64,000 bases of DNA, taken from contig CM000151.3 in NCBI GenBank assembly GCA_000004695.1, positions 608,001-672,000 on the forward strand. The letters run 5' to 3'. Within the stretch, counting starts at the first letter, position 1, and the number at the start of each line of letters is the position of its first letter. The translations under genes and the position numbers were made by a program. Source of the stretch: Dictyostelium discoideum. Lineage: Eukaryota. This document shows positions 49,096 through 60,885 of the stretch, one piece after another. The notes below the pieces were generated by a model. The model saw only the letters and a list, made by a program, of their open reading frames with translations. It had not been told where the DNA came from and did no database searches.

Positions 49096-51458
49096 TAAGA
49101 TTTGAATCACCAAATGATGTACCATATATAGTGATTAAAGCAGTTTGATTGATTGAAGATGTATTTGTAATGGTTGGTAGTTCAAATTTGTAGTAATAAT
49201 CTGCAGATTGTAGTTCGTAGTTATACATTCTTTAAGTATCAGCACTTGAACTTGTGATTAGTAATCGTTTAGAACCAGATGTATAACGTGGTGAAAGTGA
49301 TCTAATATTTGATGCATTTACACATTCATTGGTCGTAACATTAATTGAAGAAATATTACACACTACTTTACCGATGGTAATGGTTTTTGTATCTTTGACA
49401 TAGTTAAAAAAGTAATGACCATTAATAGTAACCATTCCACCTCCATATGGCACTTCAGGATCACTATTTTCAATAATAGGTTTCAAAGTGTATTGTTCAA
49501 GCATATTACCCCGTCGATCACCAAGTTGGGAAATTTAGCTTGCCGTCTTTTTATTACCTATAGGATACCCAAATATAAGATACTCATGGCCACTTGCTAT
49601 TACTGTACCATTTAATATACTGCCATCAGAAAAAACAACAGTTATTATTGAATCCTTAATAGAGTCACCCTAGGTTATAACCATTGATTTTAATGTTACC
49701 GTTTTTCTCTTGATAAACTCCAGTAAGTTGTGGAGGATTGTAACTAACATTAAATGAACCAATTTGTAAAAGATTATAGTAAATTTTTATCGTGTAGTTT
49801 GACCGGAAGCCAGATTTTAAAACACAAGTAAATGATAAACCATCACCATCTTTTGAATGAATACAAATTGGGCCATCAGGCTTACTATTAAATGTTAAGG
49901 GATATCTCTGCCATCAAAATCTACAGTTCTCATAAAGATACCTTTAATTTTTAAACTATCACCAGGTGTATTTGAATAGAAGCTTTGACCATCAGTAATA
50001 GTTGGAGTGATCTTGAAATTAAATCTTGGAGCTCTAAAAGATTTATCACCATCTTTAATAACTAGTTCCATAAACCAGGCTGGGTATTATTTGGTAGGTA
50101 TATGAAAATGGTGTTATTACTTTCAATAAAAAATCCAGGTTCTTCCAATGTTGATGCATACTTTTTGGAAATATTGGTTTTCATACTCATACCAGTAACT
50201 ACTGTGATATTACTAACTCTAGAAAGATATATACCAGTTACATTGAAAACCTGTGAATTGCCCCTTTGTTGAACATTTTGAATCAATGGAAGATCATGCG
50301 ATATTTTAATTGTATTGCTTGTGTATTCACCATCGATCTATTAATAAAAGGTCAAAAATAAATTAGTAATTGGTTGTATGTAGTTATAATCTCCTATTGG
50401 TTTTGTATTCACCATCAATCTATTAATAAAAGATCAAATAATAATTAGTAATCGGTTATAATATATATTATTATCTCTTACAGTAACAGTTAATGGAATA
50501 TTATAGCCAAGAAAACCATAGTCTTTACGAGTTGGGTGAGTGCATGTTATACTTTTTGAAGAATTGGTGTTGAAACATTCAATTACTTTATTACCAAAAG
50601 TACCGGTAACATTTTGTTTAGATCTTAAATAGTTTCCAGTAAATGTAATATTTCCACCATTATTATTTAGCACTCCTTCCATTCTTATCGGTTTTGGAGA
50701 AAATGAGAAATAATATTCACTATAAAATGTGTCACATATTTTGACATTTATTTTCCATTCGCTCCGATAACTTGTTTCATTTATTGAAAATTTGACTTCA
50801 GTATGAGCATCATTAATAGTACCAAACTCTCTGCGACTGGCTTTAGTATCATTTTGAAGAGAAAAGATTTCAATGGTGGTGTTAAACAGGTTACTTCCTT
50901 TAAAAGTAAAACTACCCTGATCATCAAGTATTGGAACTTTTGACATTTCGCCCTTTTAATACGTTGTATTGAAAATATTCCACCTTCCGATATTATTATC
51001 ATAAAAATTTAAAATACCACATCCTTTGGGTATTTGGATATTAAAAAGGTCCAATGTAGAGTTATAGATAGGAGTGGATATAAAATCTTTTGTTGAGATA
51101 GCACCTTCCCAGTTGACTTATTAGGAAAATTATATTCGAAGTTGAAATATTCACCTGTGGTTGGCATTTTTGGAAACAAAGAGATCTCTGGTACAAAATG
51201 AATACTTGAAGACAGGTCGTATAGCTTGTTTTTGTATGGGTAATTGAGATTATCAAAATAATAATAATTTCCATCAGTAGCCTTTTCTAGATTAACTTCT
51301 ATTGTTTTATTATCATATAAGGTAAATAGTTCTATCTGTTTTGTGCAATTTAGTTTAGTTACCACCGACGAGATAGGTTCATTCTTCATAAAATCACAAT
51401 TTGATTTGGAAAATAAAAATTATAAAATTATAAAAATAGATATATGTTTTATTTTCAT
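49092..51458 (-). pseudogene. tgrB-type pseudogene (psi-A2): 3'-truncated, with frameshifts and stops
   Basis: Colinear with 36940..39239 of the intact tgrB-type gene, including the intron. ORF fragments at 49232..49504, 50062..50286, 50434..50946 and 51009..51389 are all in the tgr family. A stop follows codon 12 after the ATG at 51458. The C-terminal exon and tail are missing. Confidence 0.75.
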
Positions 51459-51628
51459 TTTTATAAATTACATTTAAATTTAAAAAAAAAAAAAAATTAA
51501 GAAATATTTTATTAAAAGAATAAAAAAAAGAGTAAATGAAAAAAATGAAAAAAAAAAAATTAAGAAATATTTTATTAAAAGAATAAATGTTAATTTAATT
51601 AATAATAATATTTATATTTTTAAAATAG

Positions 51629-53318
51629 AGGTAATACACAATGAGACTTCTTTGATATTAACATTTTATAAAAATTAACCCTATGTTACCAGTCTTATTA
51701 TGTACAAAGACAAAACCACTCCAAGAACTGATTTTCCAAATTATTTTAATTGTAGTCTCATTGTTGGAGAATTTAGATATTGTGAATTCCATTCTGACCT
51801 TCCTTTTTCAAGGTTCTGGGTAGTATATATAGTACGGTATGTGCAAGAGAAGTATCAGATCCAAGAGAGGATTGCACATCCATTTAATTGATGTGAAATA
51901 TATTCCCCATATAATGTCAAATTTAGCAGACTTCCACCAACGTCAGGAGGTGATTTTATAATAAATGGTACTTTTTTAAGAGTCTCAGGAGGTCCAAATA
52001 CACTTGATTTTTTCACAAGGGATGATCATTTGAAATTAGTTGTTAAAGGTAATTTCTCAGACCCATCATTTAACTGTAATAGTATCACTGTTACATTTCG
52101 ACCAGATGGCGGATTAATTTTGTTGGTTTTTGGCGAACTTGGAGGTGGGGAATATAGGATTTCATACGCACCTCGAATGATTTCAAGTATTGTTCACAAT
52201 CCATCGAAACAAATAATAACAATTAATGGTGATAACTTTTTTAATGATGACAGAAAGGTTGGTGTTTTTTTTGAAAAAATCTACCAACCAAATATAAATG
52301 TTACAATTAACCACACTCAAATTCAAGTGAATAACTTTAATAGAGTTGATCTTGGTCCAATATCTATTGCTGTTGTTGTAAAAGATTTATATATTGAAAA
52401 GAATTATATTCATTGTTTCCCTGCCATATTAACATCAATAACATCAGTATCAAATGTTTTAGGTGGTATTGTAACAATTAAAGGTTCAAAGTTATCTTCA
52501 ACTTCAAATTCATCATTAATTCCTTCAATTACAATTGGTAATAAACAATGTAAATATATTAAATCAACAACAACTGAATTAGAATGTAAATTAGATCCAA
52601 ATGAATCTGGTGGTAAAAAGTTATCAGTTGATGTTAATTTCAATGGTTGTAATTCAACAAGTTCTGGTAGTAGTGCTGTAATATTTACATATAACATTCC
52701 AACATTATCAAGTGGATCATATTCAAATGGTATCGTAACATTAATTGGTAAAAATTTAGGAAATTACCAAGAATCATTCATTCAATTATATGCAAATGGC
52801 ATTATTACAAAGATTGATAAGTTTAATACTTCATCTGATGAAAAGATTTTAACAATTAAATTATCACTTTTAAGATGTAATTCAGTAAATATTAATTTCA
52901 ACATGGATGGTATTTCTTCAAATAACCTTTCAATTTCAGTATCGTTATTAACAAATATAATTAATAAACCATCAGTATCAAATGTAACATTTTATATTGA
53001 ATTATATTATATTGATTGTCCAATAAGTTCATCAACACCAACTATTACATTTAGTAATTCATTAACCAATCAATGTTCAATACCATCATTACAATCATCA
53101 ACATCCGATTTTTATCAAACTACATTCTCAATACCATATGGTACCGGTATCAATAAACAATACACATTCAAATACATTAAATGATTAATTCTCATATTCA
53201 CCACCAAAAGTTGAATCACGTTCATTCTCTAATGATAAAACTATTATTACAATTAATGGTAATAATTTTGGAGATTCGAAATCATTGATTCAAGTTTATT
53301 TCAATGGTAATGATATTT
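51629..53318 (+). pseudogene. tgrC-type pseudogene (psi-B3): lacks exon 1 and promoter, with frameshifts
   Basis: It starts at the exon-2 acceptor (aatag|AGGTAATACACAATGAGACTTC). A frameshift near 51830 gives [15 protein letters not shown] stop lies at 53185 with homologous sequence continuing out of frame to 53318. Only ~200 bp separate it from the psi-A2 start, compared with 515 bp in the intact pair. Confidence 0.75.
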
Positions 53319-53609
53319 CAACCCCTCCCCCACTTAAATTAATATCTTTTTTTTTCTAACGCCACAAAAAGTGCAAAAATTATTACAAAATAAATATTTT
53401 CAAAATTCAAAATAAAAGAAATAAATAATGTATATTTTATTTAAATTTAATAAAAAAAAATTTTTGAAGCAAATTATATATTATTAAAATTTTTTTTTTT
53501 AATATTTTTTTTTTTATTTAATGAGCCAAAACATATTTTATTATTTATTTTCTAAGTTTTGGTTGAACATTTTTTTTTTTTCATTTTTTTTATCCTTTTT
53601 AATATTATA

Positions 53610-54555
53610 ATGACATTAAAAACAATATTATTTTTGACTTTTTTGGTTTTATTTTTTTCAACTGCTTATACAATTGAAAAACCTTGGGTTACAGGTATTT
53701 ATCTTTTTTAATTTTTATACAGTTTAGTATTGAAGTCAATTGTTTTTAAAAAATTCTATTTTCATGTTTTGTAATTAAATAGAGGTAATTTACAATGAAA
53801 CTTCATTGGTTTTTAAATATTTTAAAGATCAACCTTATATTAGCCGTCTTGTAATGTATAAAGACCGAGAAACTCAATATTTCGACTGTACTCTCATTAT
53901 TGATGATCATAGATATTGTGTATTCCATTCTGACCTTCCTTTTTCGAGATTATGGGGCAGTCTAGAGAGTATGGTATGTTCAAGAGATGTATCAAGTCCA
54001 AAAGTGGATTGTTTATCCTATAGGATTATAGATGTTTCATATGTGAAACCAATAAATATTAATTTTACCAGACTTCCTCCAACATCAGGGGGAGATATTG
54101 TTATTAATGGTAATTTTCTAAGATTCGTTGGAGGTCCTAATAAACTTTATAATAGCATTTCTCATAGTAATCCATTAGAAGTTAAAGGAGATTTCTCATA
54201 TCCATCATTTAACTGTAATAGTATCACTGTTTCATTTCCCCCAGGTTCCGGACCATTTGAGGTGTATTCTATTGACAGAATAGGTGGAGAATATTTAACT
54301 TCTTATGAACCGCCAAAAATTTCAAGTTTTATTCTGGATCCATCAAAACAAATAATAACAATTGATGGTGATAACTTTTTTACTGATAGCTCTTTGGTTC
54401 AAGTTTATTTTGATGAAATCCTACAACAAAATATAAGTATTACAATTAGTCATACACAAATTCAAGTGAAACACTTTATTAGAACCGATCCTGGCCCAAT
54501 GTCTACTCGTATTACTGTAGATCAAGTTTCGACACAAAATAATTATATGATATAA
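53610..54555 (+). pseudogene. truncated tgrC-type 5' gene fragment (psi-B4); join(53610..53694,53783..54555)
   Basis: Intact signal-peptide exon and splice sites, with a B2-like promoter remnant upstream. There is an in-frame ~18-nt deletion (RETQYFDC versus [14 protein letters not shown]). Homology ends at 54545, where repeat R1 begins, leaving a stop after ~280 aa and no TM domain. Confidence 0.65.
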
Positions 54556-55050
54556 ATAGGTACACTTTAAAATCTTAAATTTAAACCACCACCGGTACAA
54601 TCAAGTGCATAATAACCACCAAAGAATCAAAAACTAGTTACAAGATATTTCACTAAATAAGGCTTGAAAAAGATCATCAAGATTGTGAAGATGATAAATT
54701 GAATGGTTCAAATCAAAAAGAACAATTCATAAAGGTTTGATTTTGATTGAACCACCTAACGACTTTTTGGGGTCTCTTGTATGATAATTCATTCCAAAGA
54801 TGATTTGATGACTGTTACCATTACTATTACTATTACTATTACTATTACTATTACTATATATATTATTTTCTCTACTTATACCAATAGCATACCAATACCA
54901 ATTGTTATTTTTTTTTTTTTTTTTTTTATTATTTATTATTTATTTGTTTATTTACTTATTTATTTATTTATTTTTACATCTAAATGTACATTTTCTATTT
55001 GTATTTATTTTTTGTTTTCTTTTTTGGTTGATGTTGCTCCTGTATTATTT
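54556..55050. repeat. composite of repeat R1 (54556-54770) and R2 (54780-55050) abutting the truncated tgrC fragment
   Basis: See R1 (34700-35830) and R2 (46560-47110). Confidence 0.5.
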
Positions 55051-55536
55051 GATTTTATTAAAAGACAATTATTTTTTTTAATTATTTATTTTTATTTTTT
55101 TTATTTTTTTTTTTATAAAAATTTTTATTTTTTGTATACAAAATATATCAAAAACGAATTTAATTATTATTATTTTTAATTTTTTTTTTTTTTTTTTTGG
55201 GTTCAATTGAGAAAAAAAAATTAACTTGACTGAATTAGTTGTTTTTTTTTTATTTTTTAATAAATGAATTAAGTTATCTTGTTACATCTTGTTTTTTTTT
55301 TAATTTATTAATTCAAACATTCACATTATTTTTTAAAAAAAAAAAAAAAAAAATATACCAATTAATTCAACCAAATTTTTTTCTTTTTTAAAATCTATTT
55401 TTTATATAAAATATATTCACTCTTTGTTGTTCTTCAAAATAAAAAATAATTACAAAAAATGAATGAAAAATAATTAAATTCTATATACTTAATATTCACA
55501 AAAATTCTTATTATATAAGAGTAATTTTTGTTTGTA

Positions 55537-55776
55537 TTAATTTTTATTGTTCTTTATTCTGATCCCCATGGTTCCTTGGCATTCAACCTGGTATGTACAA
55601 TTTCTTTCATTGTCATCAGCGCTTCTATCACAAATTGAACACTCGCGTTTTCCATATGTTCCACCTTCACTGTAATGTAAGTTTCCCCCACATTCTCTGA
55701 TGTGCTTTTCTGGTGATGGTAATAAACGCAAACAAGAGTTGCATTGATATTCTTGGGTTAATTTTGTTCTGCTCAT
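55537..55776 (-). CDS. small Cys-rich ORF, 79 aa, unusually GC-rich (~40% GC)
   Basis: MSRTKLTQEYQCNSCLRLLPSPEKHIRECGGNLHYSEGGTYGKRECSICDRSADDNERNCTYQVECQGTMGIRIKNNKN. Eight Cys including two CxxC pairs. No signal peptide. Its composition is unlike surrounding DNA. It could be a zinc-ribbon micro-protein or a transposon ORF relic. Confidence 0.3.
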   Translation of the reverse strand: MSRTKLTQEYQCNSCLRLLPSPEKHIRECGGNLHYSEGGTYGKRECSICDRSADDNERNCTYQVECQGTMGIRIKNNKN

Positions 55777-56184
55777 ATTGCAATCGTTATAAAATTAAAT
55801 TGTGAAAAACTTTTTTCAAAATTTTGATTTTTATAATAAATATTTTTTCCTCTCAAGATTTTAAAAAAAAATTCAATTTTTTTTTGATTTTGTTTTGCAG
55901 AGTCACATCTTATCTTTGTAAATGTTTTTACATATAAATTACATAGTTTTATTTGAAAAATTTTTTTATTTTTTTTTTTGGGTTTCCAGTATGTTTTTAT
56001 CAATATTGTTGTAGGGAATTTTCAATAAAATTTCACTGCCCAGCGCAGTGAATTTTATTATTTAATTTCACTCTACTGCATCTGTTTTTTTCAGGTGATA
56101 ATGGTGGTAATCATAATAATAATAATTGTGGTAATCGTAATAATAATGTAACAATCGTAATAATGATAGTAGTAGTGATGATGA

Positions 56185-56941
56185 CTATGATAATTTATAA
56201 AACTTACATTTAAATTGGAAAATTTCAGCTATAAAGTATTGACCGATGTACCATATATAGAGATTAGAGCAGTTGGATCGATTGAGGATGTGTTTGTGAT
56301 GGTTGGTGGTTCAAATTTGTAGTAATAGTCTGCAGATGGTAGTTCGTAGTTATACATTCTTTCAGTATCAGCACTTGAACTTGTGATTAGTAATCTTATA
56401 GAACCAGATGTATAACGTGGTGAAAGTGATCTAAGATTTGGTGCAATTACACATTCAATGGTTGTAACATTAGTTGGAGAAATATTACACACTACTTTAC
56501 CAATAGTAATGGTTGTTGTATTTTTAGCATAGTTAAAAAAGTAATGACCATTAATAGTAACCATTCCACCTCCGCATGGCACTGCAGGATCACTGTTTTC
56601 TATTATAGGTTTCAAAGTGTATTGTTCAAATATATTACTCTGTTGATCACCAAGTTGGGAAATATATCTTGCCGTCTTTTTATTACCTACAGGATAACCA
56701 AATATAAGATACTCATGGCCACTTGCTATTACTGTACTTGGACCGCTAGGCTTACTCTTAAATGTTATTGAGATATCTCTTCTCACATCATATAGGGTAA
56801 TTGATTCTACCTGTCTTGTGCAATTTAATTTAGTTACACCAATGATTTAAAAGATTCATTGTTCATAAAACCACATTATGATTTAGAAAATAAAAATTTA
56901 TTAATTAAAATTATTAAAATAGATATATATTTTATTTTCAT
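56185..56941 (-). pseudogene. tgrB-type pseudogene (psi-A3) with a large internal deletion
   Basis: ORF 56229..56786 matches the mid-gene TIG units (GGMVTINGHYF..). 56787-56941 matches the first ~50 codons and ATG region of the intact gene (compare 39060-39240), so about 1.6 kb between them is deleted. The 3' exon is replaced by repeat R3. Confidence 0.7.
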
Positions 56942-57004
56942 TTTTATCAATTACTAATTAATTTTAAAAAATATATTTTGTGTTTAAAAAAAAAAAGTTT
57001 GTTT

Positions 57005-57046
<42 letters not shown>

Positions 57047-57071
57047 GAGTCTAAAATAAAATCTTGTTTAA

Positions 57072-57359
57072 TTAAATGCTGGTATATGGTTTATTTGGTG
57101 GTTTTTGAGAAATTTGTGGAATATTATCGAATCTACCATCTATTTGGCTAACCATTGAATTTGTATACCCAACAACATTTGATTTTAGAAATAATGTAAT
57201 TGAATCATTTTTACTTTTACTTTTCTTTACATTAAATTGTGAAAATGAGCTGATTGATCCTAAATATTTTAAATTTACAATTTAGACAAAAAAAAAATAA
57301 TATTTTAATAAATTAAATTTTTTAAAAACATTATTATATAGTTTACCTAAAATTGTCAT
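57072..57359 (-). CDS. micro-gene family member c (66 aa); join(57347..57359,57072..57259)
   Basis: Exon 1 ATG ACA ATT TTA G + GTAAAC; acceptor atatttag. Protein MTILGSISSFSQFNVKKSKSKNDSITLFLKSNVVGYTNSMVSQIDGRFDNIPQISQKPPNKPYTSI. The exon-2 ORF is uninterrupted. The C-terminus diverges from the WK.P...AHL consensus of members a, b, e and f. Confidence 0.45.
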
Positions 57360-57895
57360 TTTTTTATATGATAAATAATTTAAATAATTTAATAATTAAA
57401 AAAACAAATTTAGAAAAAAAAAATACATAAATATTTATAAATAGTTTTAAGAAAAAAAAAAAAAAAATAATAATTACAATTTAAAAGATTTCTTTTTGGT
57501 TATTGATAAATATAAAAAAAGCACAATCTAAAAAAGAATATTAAAAAATATAAAAGGAAATTTTTATGTATAATTTAAATAGGAAGTATTAATTTATATG
57601 AATGTGAAGTTTTTATTCAAAAAATTAAACAAAGATGTCAAGACTAATAAAGTTTCACACAACTGTTCAATCTCGACTCAATTGTGATTTTATTTTTTAA
57701 AAAATTATCAAAGAATGGGGTTTCAAATAATTTTTTAATTGTGAGTGGGTGTAAAAAAAAAATATTATTTACATATATAAAAAATTTATTATTAATATTA
57801 TTTTTTTTTTATTTATTTTTTAATTTTTTTTTTTTTTTTATTATTATTTCTTACAAAAATTAATTAGGCATTACTTGTTTTTTATTTGATAATCC

Positions 57896-58158
57896 TTAGT
57901 TTAATGAATTTGTACCATAAAAATCATTTCTTATTTCAGGTGAAATATTTAAATTGTCAAATGGTTGTAATTCAGTTATAGAGTTTAATGTATATCCAAC
58001 ATTATATTTATATGGTAATAATGAATTTATTGAATTATTATTTTTATTTCTCCCTAAAATTGAACAAATTGATGCTTAATTAAGAAAATAAAAAAAGAGA
58101 TTATTAAAAGATTAATTTTTTTTTTTTTTTTATAATTTTAATTACCTAAAATTGTCAT
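57896..58158 (-). CDS. micro-gene family member d (56 aa); join(58146..58158,57896..58053)
   Basis: Exon 1 ATG ACA ATT TTA G + GTAATT; acceptor attttag. Protein MTILGRNKNNNSINSLLPYKYNVGYTLNSITELQPFDNLNISPEIRNDFYGTNSLN. Confidence 0.4.
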
Positions 58159-58243
58159 TTTTTTTATTTCAGATTGAGTATAATTATAATTTTTTTAAGA
58201 TATCTTTAACTTTGATTTCGTGAAAATAAGGTTTTTTATGGAA

Positions 58244-58281
<38 letters not shown>

Positions 58282-58616
58282 AAATTTAAATTAAAATGTG
58301 TCTGTGTAAAAATGAATAAATAAATAAAAGTGTTTGGATCTATGATTTTAAAAAATCTCTTTTAAAAATAAAAACCCACTTTAACCCCTATCACAATTTT
58401 GCTATAATAAATAAAAAACACCCCTATTCTTTGATTTTTTTTGATTTTTTTTAAAGAAAAAAAAAAAGATGAAATAATTTTTATAAAAAAAAAAAAACCA
58501 ATTTAAAATTAATTTATATAAAACTATCTTTTTTTTTTTTTTTTTAATATTTTTATTTTTTATTTTCTATTTTTAGTTAAGAAATAAATTAGTTTAGGAA
58601 TTTTAATAAAATAAAA

Positions 58617-58877
58617 TTACAAATGTGCAGAACCTGTGTGAGTATGAGAATTTTGAATAGGTGGGAGTTTCCAAATGTTATCTTTTTGAGAAACACATTT
58701 ACTATACATAATATTACTGGAATATTGATTATAACTTTTATTTATTAAAAAACTATTCTTTTCATTTGATTGAATTGAAATTAAATTTTCTAAGAATTGG
58801 TTGTTAATATTAAAAGTTTTATATTTTTAAAATAAATAAAATAATAATGATATTAAAAACATACCTAATATTGCCAT
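58617..58877 (-). CDS. micro-gene family member e (61 aa); join(58865..58877,58617..58789)
   Basis: Exon 1 ATG GCA ATA TTA G + GTATGT; acceptor ttcttag. Protein MAILENLISIQSNEKNSFLINKSYNQYSSNIMYSKCVSQKDNIWKLPPIQNSHTHTGSAHL. Confidence 0.5.
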
Positions 58878-59529
58878 TTTAAACAAAAAATAAATATTTT
58901 TAAATTAAAAAAAACCATTTAATTTTGTTCTTTTATTTATAAATGAATACATATTAAAAAAATAAAAAAAAAAAAAAAAAAAAAATATTTAAAAATTAAG
59001 AATTTTTAACTTCTTATTGTTAAACAAGATCAATGATATAATAAAATAAAAATTTTTATAAACTGAAAAATAAAAATAATAATAATAATAAAAACCCAAT
59101 TATTTTCACCCATGAAATGGGCAAAAATTTAAAATTTTGTATGAAAACCCTAATTATACCCACCCAACCGCCCAAAATTGTAAATAAATAATTAAAATTT
59201 TTGATTATTTTTTTATTTTATTTTCTTTTTTTTTTTGTTTTTTTGGTAGTCATTGCACGATTTCCTTTTTTAGAATTAAAAAAACATTTACAAAAAATGG
59301 ATTAATAATTAAATTCTAAAAAAAAAAATAAAAAAAAAAAATAAAAAATAAAGTGATACAATTGCCGTATTACAATTGGTAGTATCACAATTGTTAATAC
59401 TCTTTTAAAATAAAATATAAAAAATAATAAGAAAACATAATTTTAATAGTTTTAATAAATTAATTTTAAATTGGTATTCTTTTATTATTTTTATATTTTA
59501 AGTTGATTAATTTAGGAATTTTCATAAAA

Positions 59530-59827
59530 TTACAAATGTGCAGAACCTGTGTAAGTATGAGAATCTTGAATAGTTGGGAGTTTCCAAATGCTTTCTTTTT
59601 GAGACTCTGATTTACTATACAAAATATTACTGGAAAATTCATCATAACTTTTATTTAATAAGAAACCATTCTTTTCATTTGATTTAATTGAAATTAAATT
59701 TTCTTAATTTAAGTTGGTTGTTAATTATTTTTTTAAAAAAAAAAAAAAAAAAATTGAAAAAAATTAAAAAAAAAAAAAATTAAAAAAAAAATAATAATAA
59801 TAATAAAAACATACTTAATATTGCCAT
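59530..59827 (-). CDS. micro-gene family member f (61 aa), a tandem duplicate of e; join(59815..59827,59530..59702)
   Basis: Exon 1 ATG GCA ATA TTA A + GTATGT; acceptor aattaag. Protein MAILKNLISIKSNEKNGFLLNKSYDEFSSNILYSKSESQKESIWKLPTIQDSHTYTGSAHL. About 75% identical to e. It lies in the second unit of the ~930-bp tandem duplication. Confidence 0.5.
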
Positions 59828-60495
59828 ATTTTACTAATTACTTATACAAAAAAAAAAAAAAAAAAAAAAAAATTTAAAAAACCATTTTATTTTGTTCTTT
59901 TATTTATTAGAAGTAAAAAATAAAAATAATTTAGTTACAAAAAAAAAAGTAAAATTAAGAATTTTTTACTTCTAATAGTTTGACAAGATCAATTAAATAA
60001 TAAAATAAAAAAAATTATAATAATCCTATCAATTTAGCCATGAAATGAGTAAAAAATTAAATACAATTTTGTATGAAAACTTAATTATACCCACCCTAAC
60101 TGCCCAAAATTTTAAATAAATAAAAAAATTTATTACTGAAAAAAAAAAAAGGAAAAAATAACTAAAAATGTTTGATTATTATATTATTTTATTTTATTTT
60201 TTTTTTTTTTTTATTTTTTTTTTTTTAGTTGAAATTGTATGATTTCCTTTTTTGAAACAAAATAATTAGTGTTTATGAAGGAGTTTTTTTTATTTAATTT
60301 TAAAAATTAAAAAAATTAAAAAAATTTAACTGATTAGAAACTAGATTTAATGCACAAAGGAAAATGAAATTTTTTGGGATAAAAAAAATTTTTTTTTTAT
60401 GATTTTTTATTTTTATTTTTATTTTATTTTATTTTTTTTTTTTTTATTTTTTTTTTTTAAAAAAATTCAAAATTAATAAGGGGCAATAGAAAATT

Positions 60496-60564
<69 letters not shown>

Positions 60565-60651
60565 ATATTTTTTAACTCATTACACCTACCTTCAAACATT
60601 CATTCATTCATTCATTCAATTAAATTTGATTATGTTTTGAAAAATTACAAA

Positions 60652-60685
<34 letters not shown>

Positions 60686-60831
60686 TTAAATAACATAATA
60701 ACTATATAAAAAAAATAAAAACCGCTGGTTTTTATTTATTTATTTTATTTTTTTTCTTTTTATTTTGTTCATAATAATAACAAATAAAAAATAATAATAA
60801 TAATAATATATAGTATATATATAATATAAAA

Positions 60832-60863
<32 letters not shown>

Positions 60864-60885
60864 AAAAAACAAAAACAATATATAA

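Larger units (their letters stand above)
58550..60250. repeat. tandem duplication, two ~930-bp units (58550-59480 and 59480-60250), each carrying one micro-gene
   Basis: 58560-58880 matches 59480-59830 at ~80% identity. 58990-59230 matches 59950-60125 (...catgaaatgggcaaaaatttaaaattttgtatgaaaaccctaattatacccacccaaccgcccaaaattgtaaataaat versus ...catgaaatgagtaaaaaattaaatacaattttgtatgaaaacttaattatacccaccctaactgcccaaaattttaaataaat). Confidence 0.6.
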
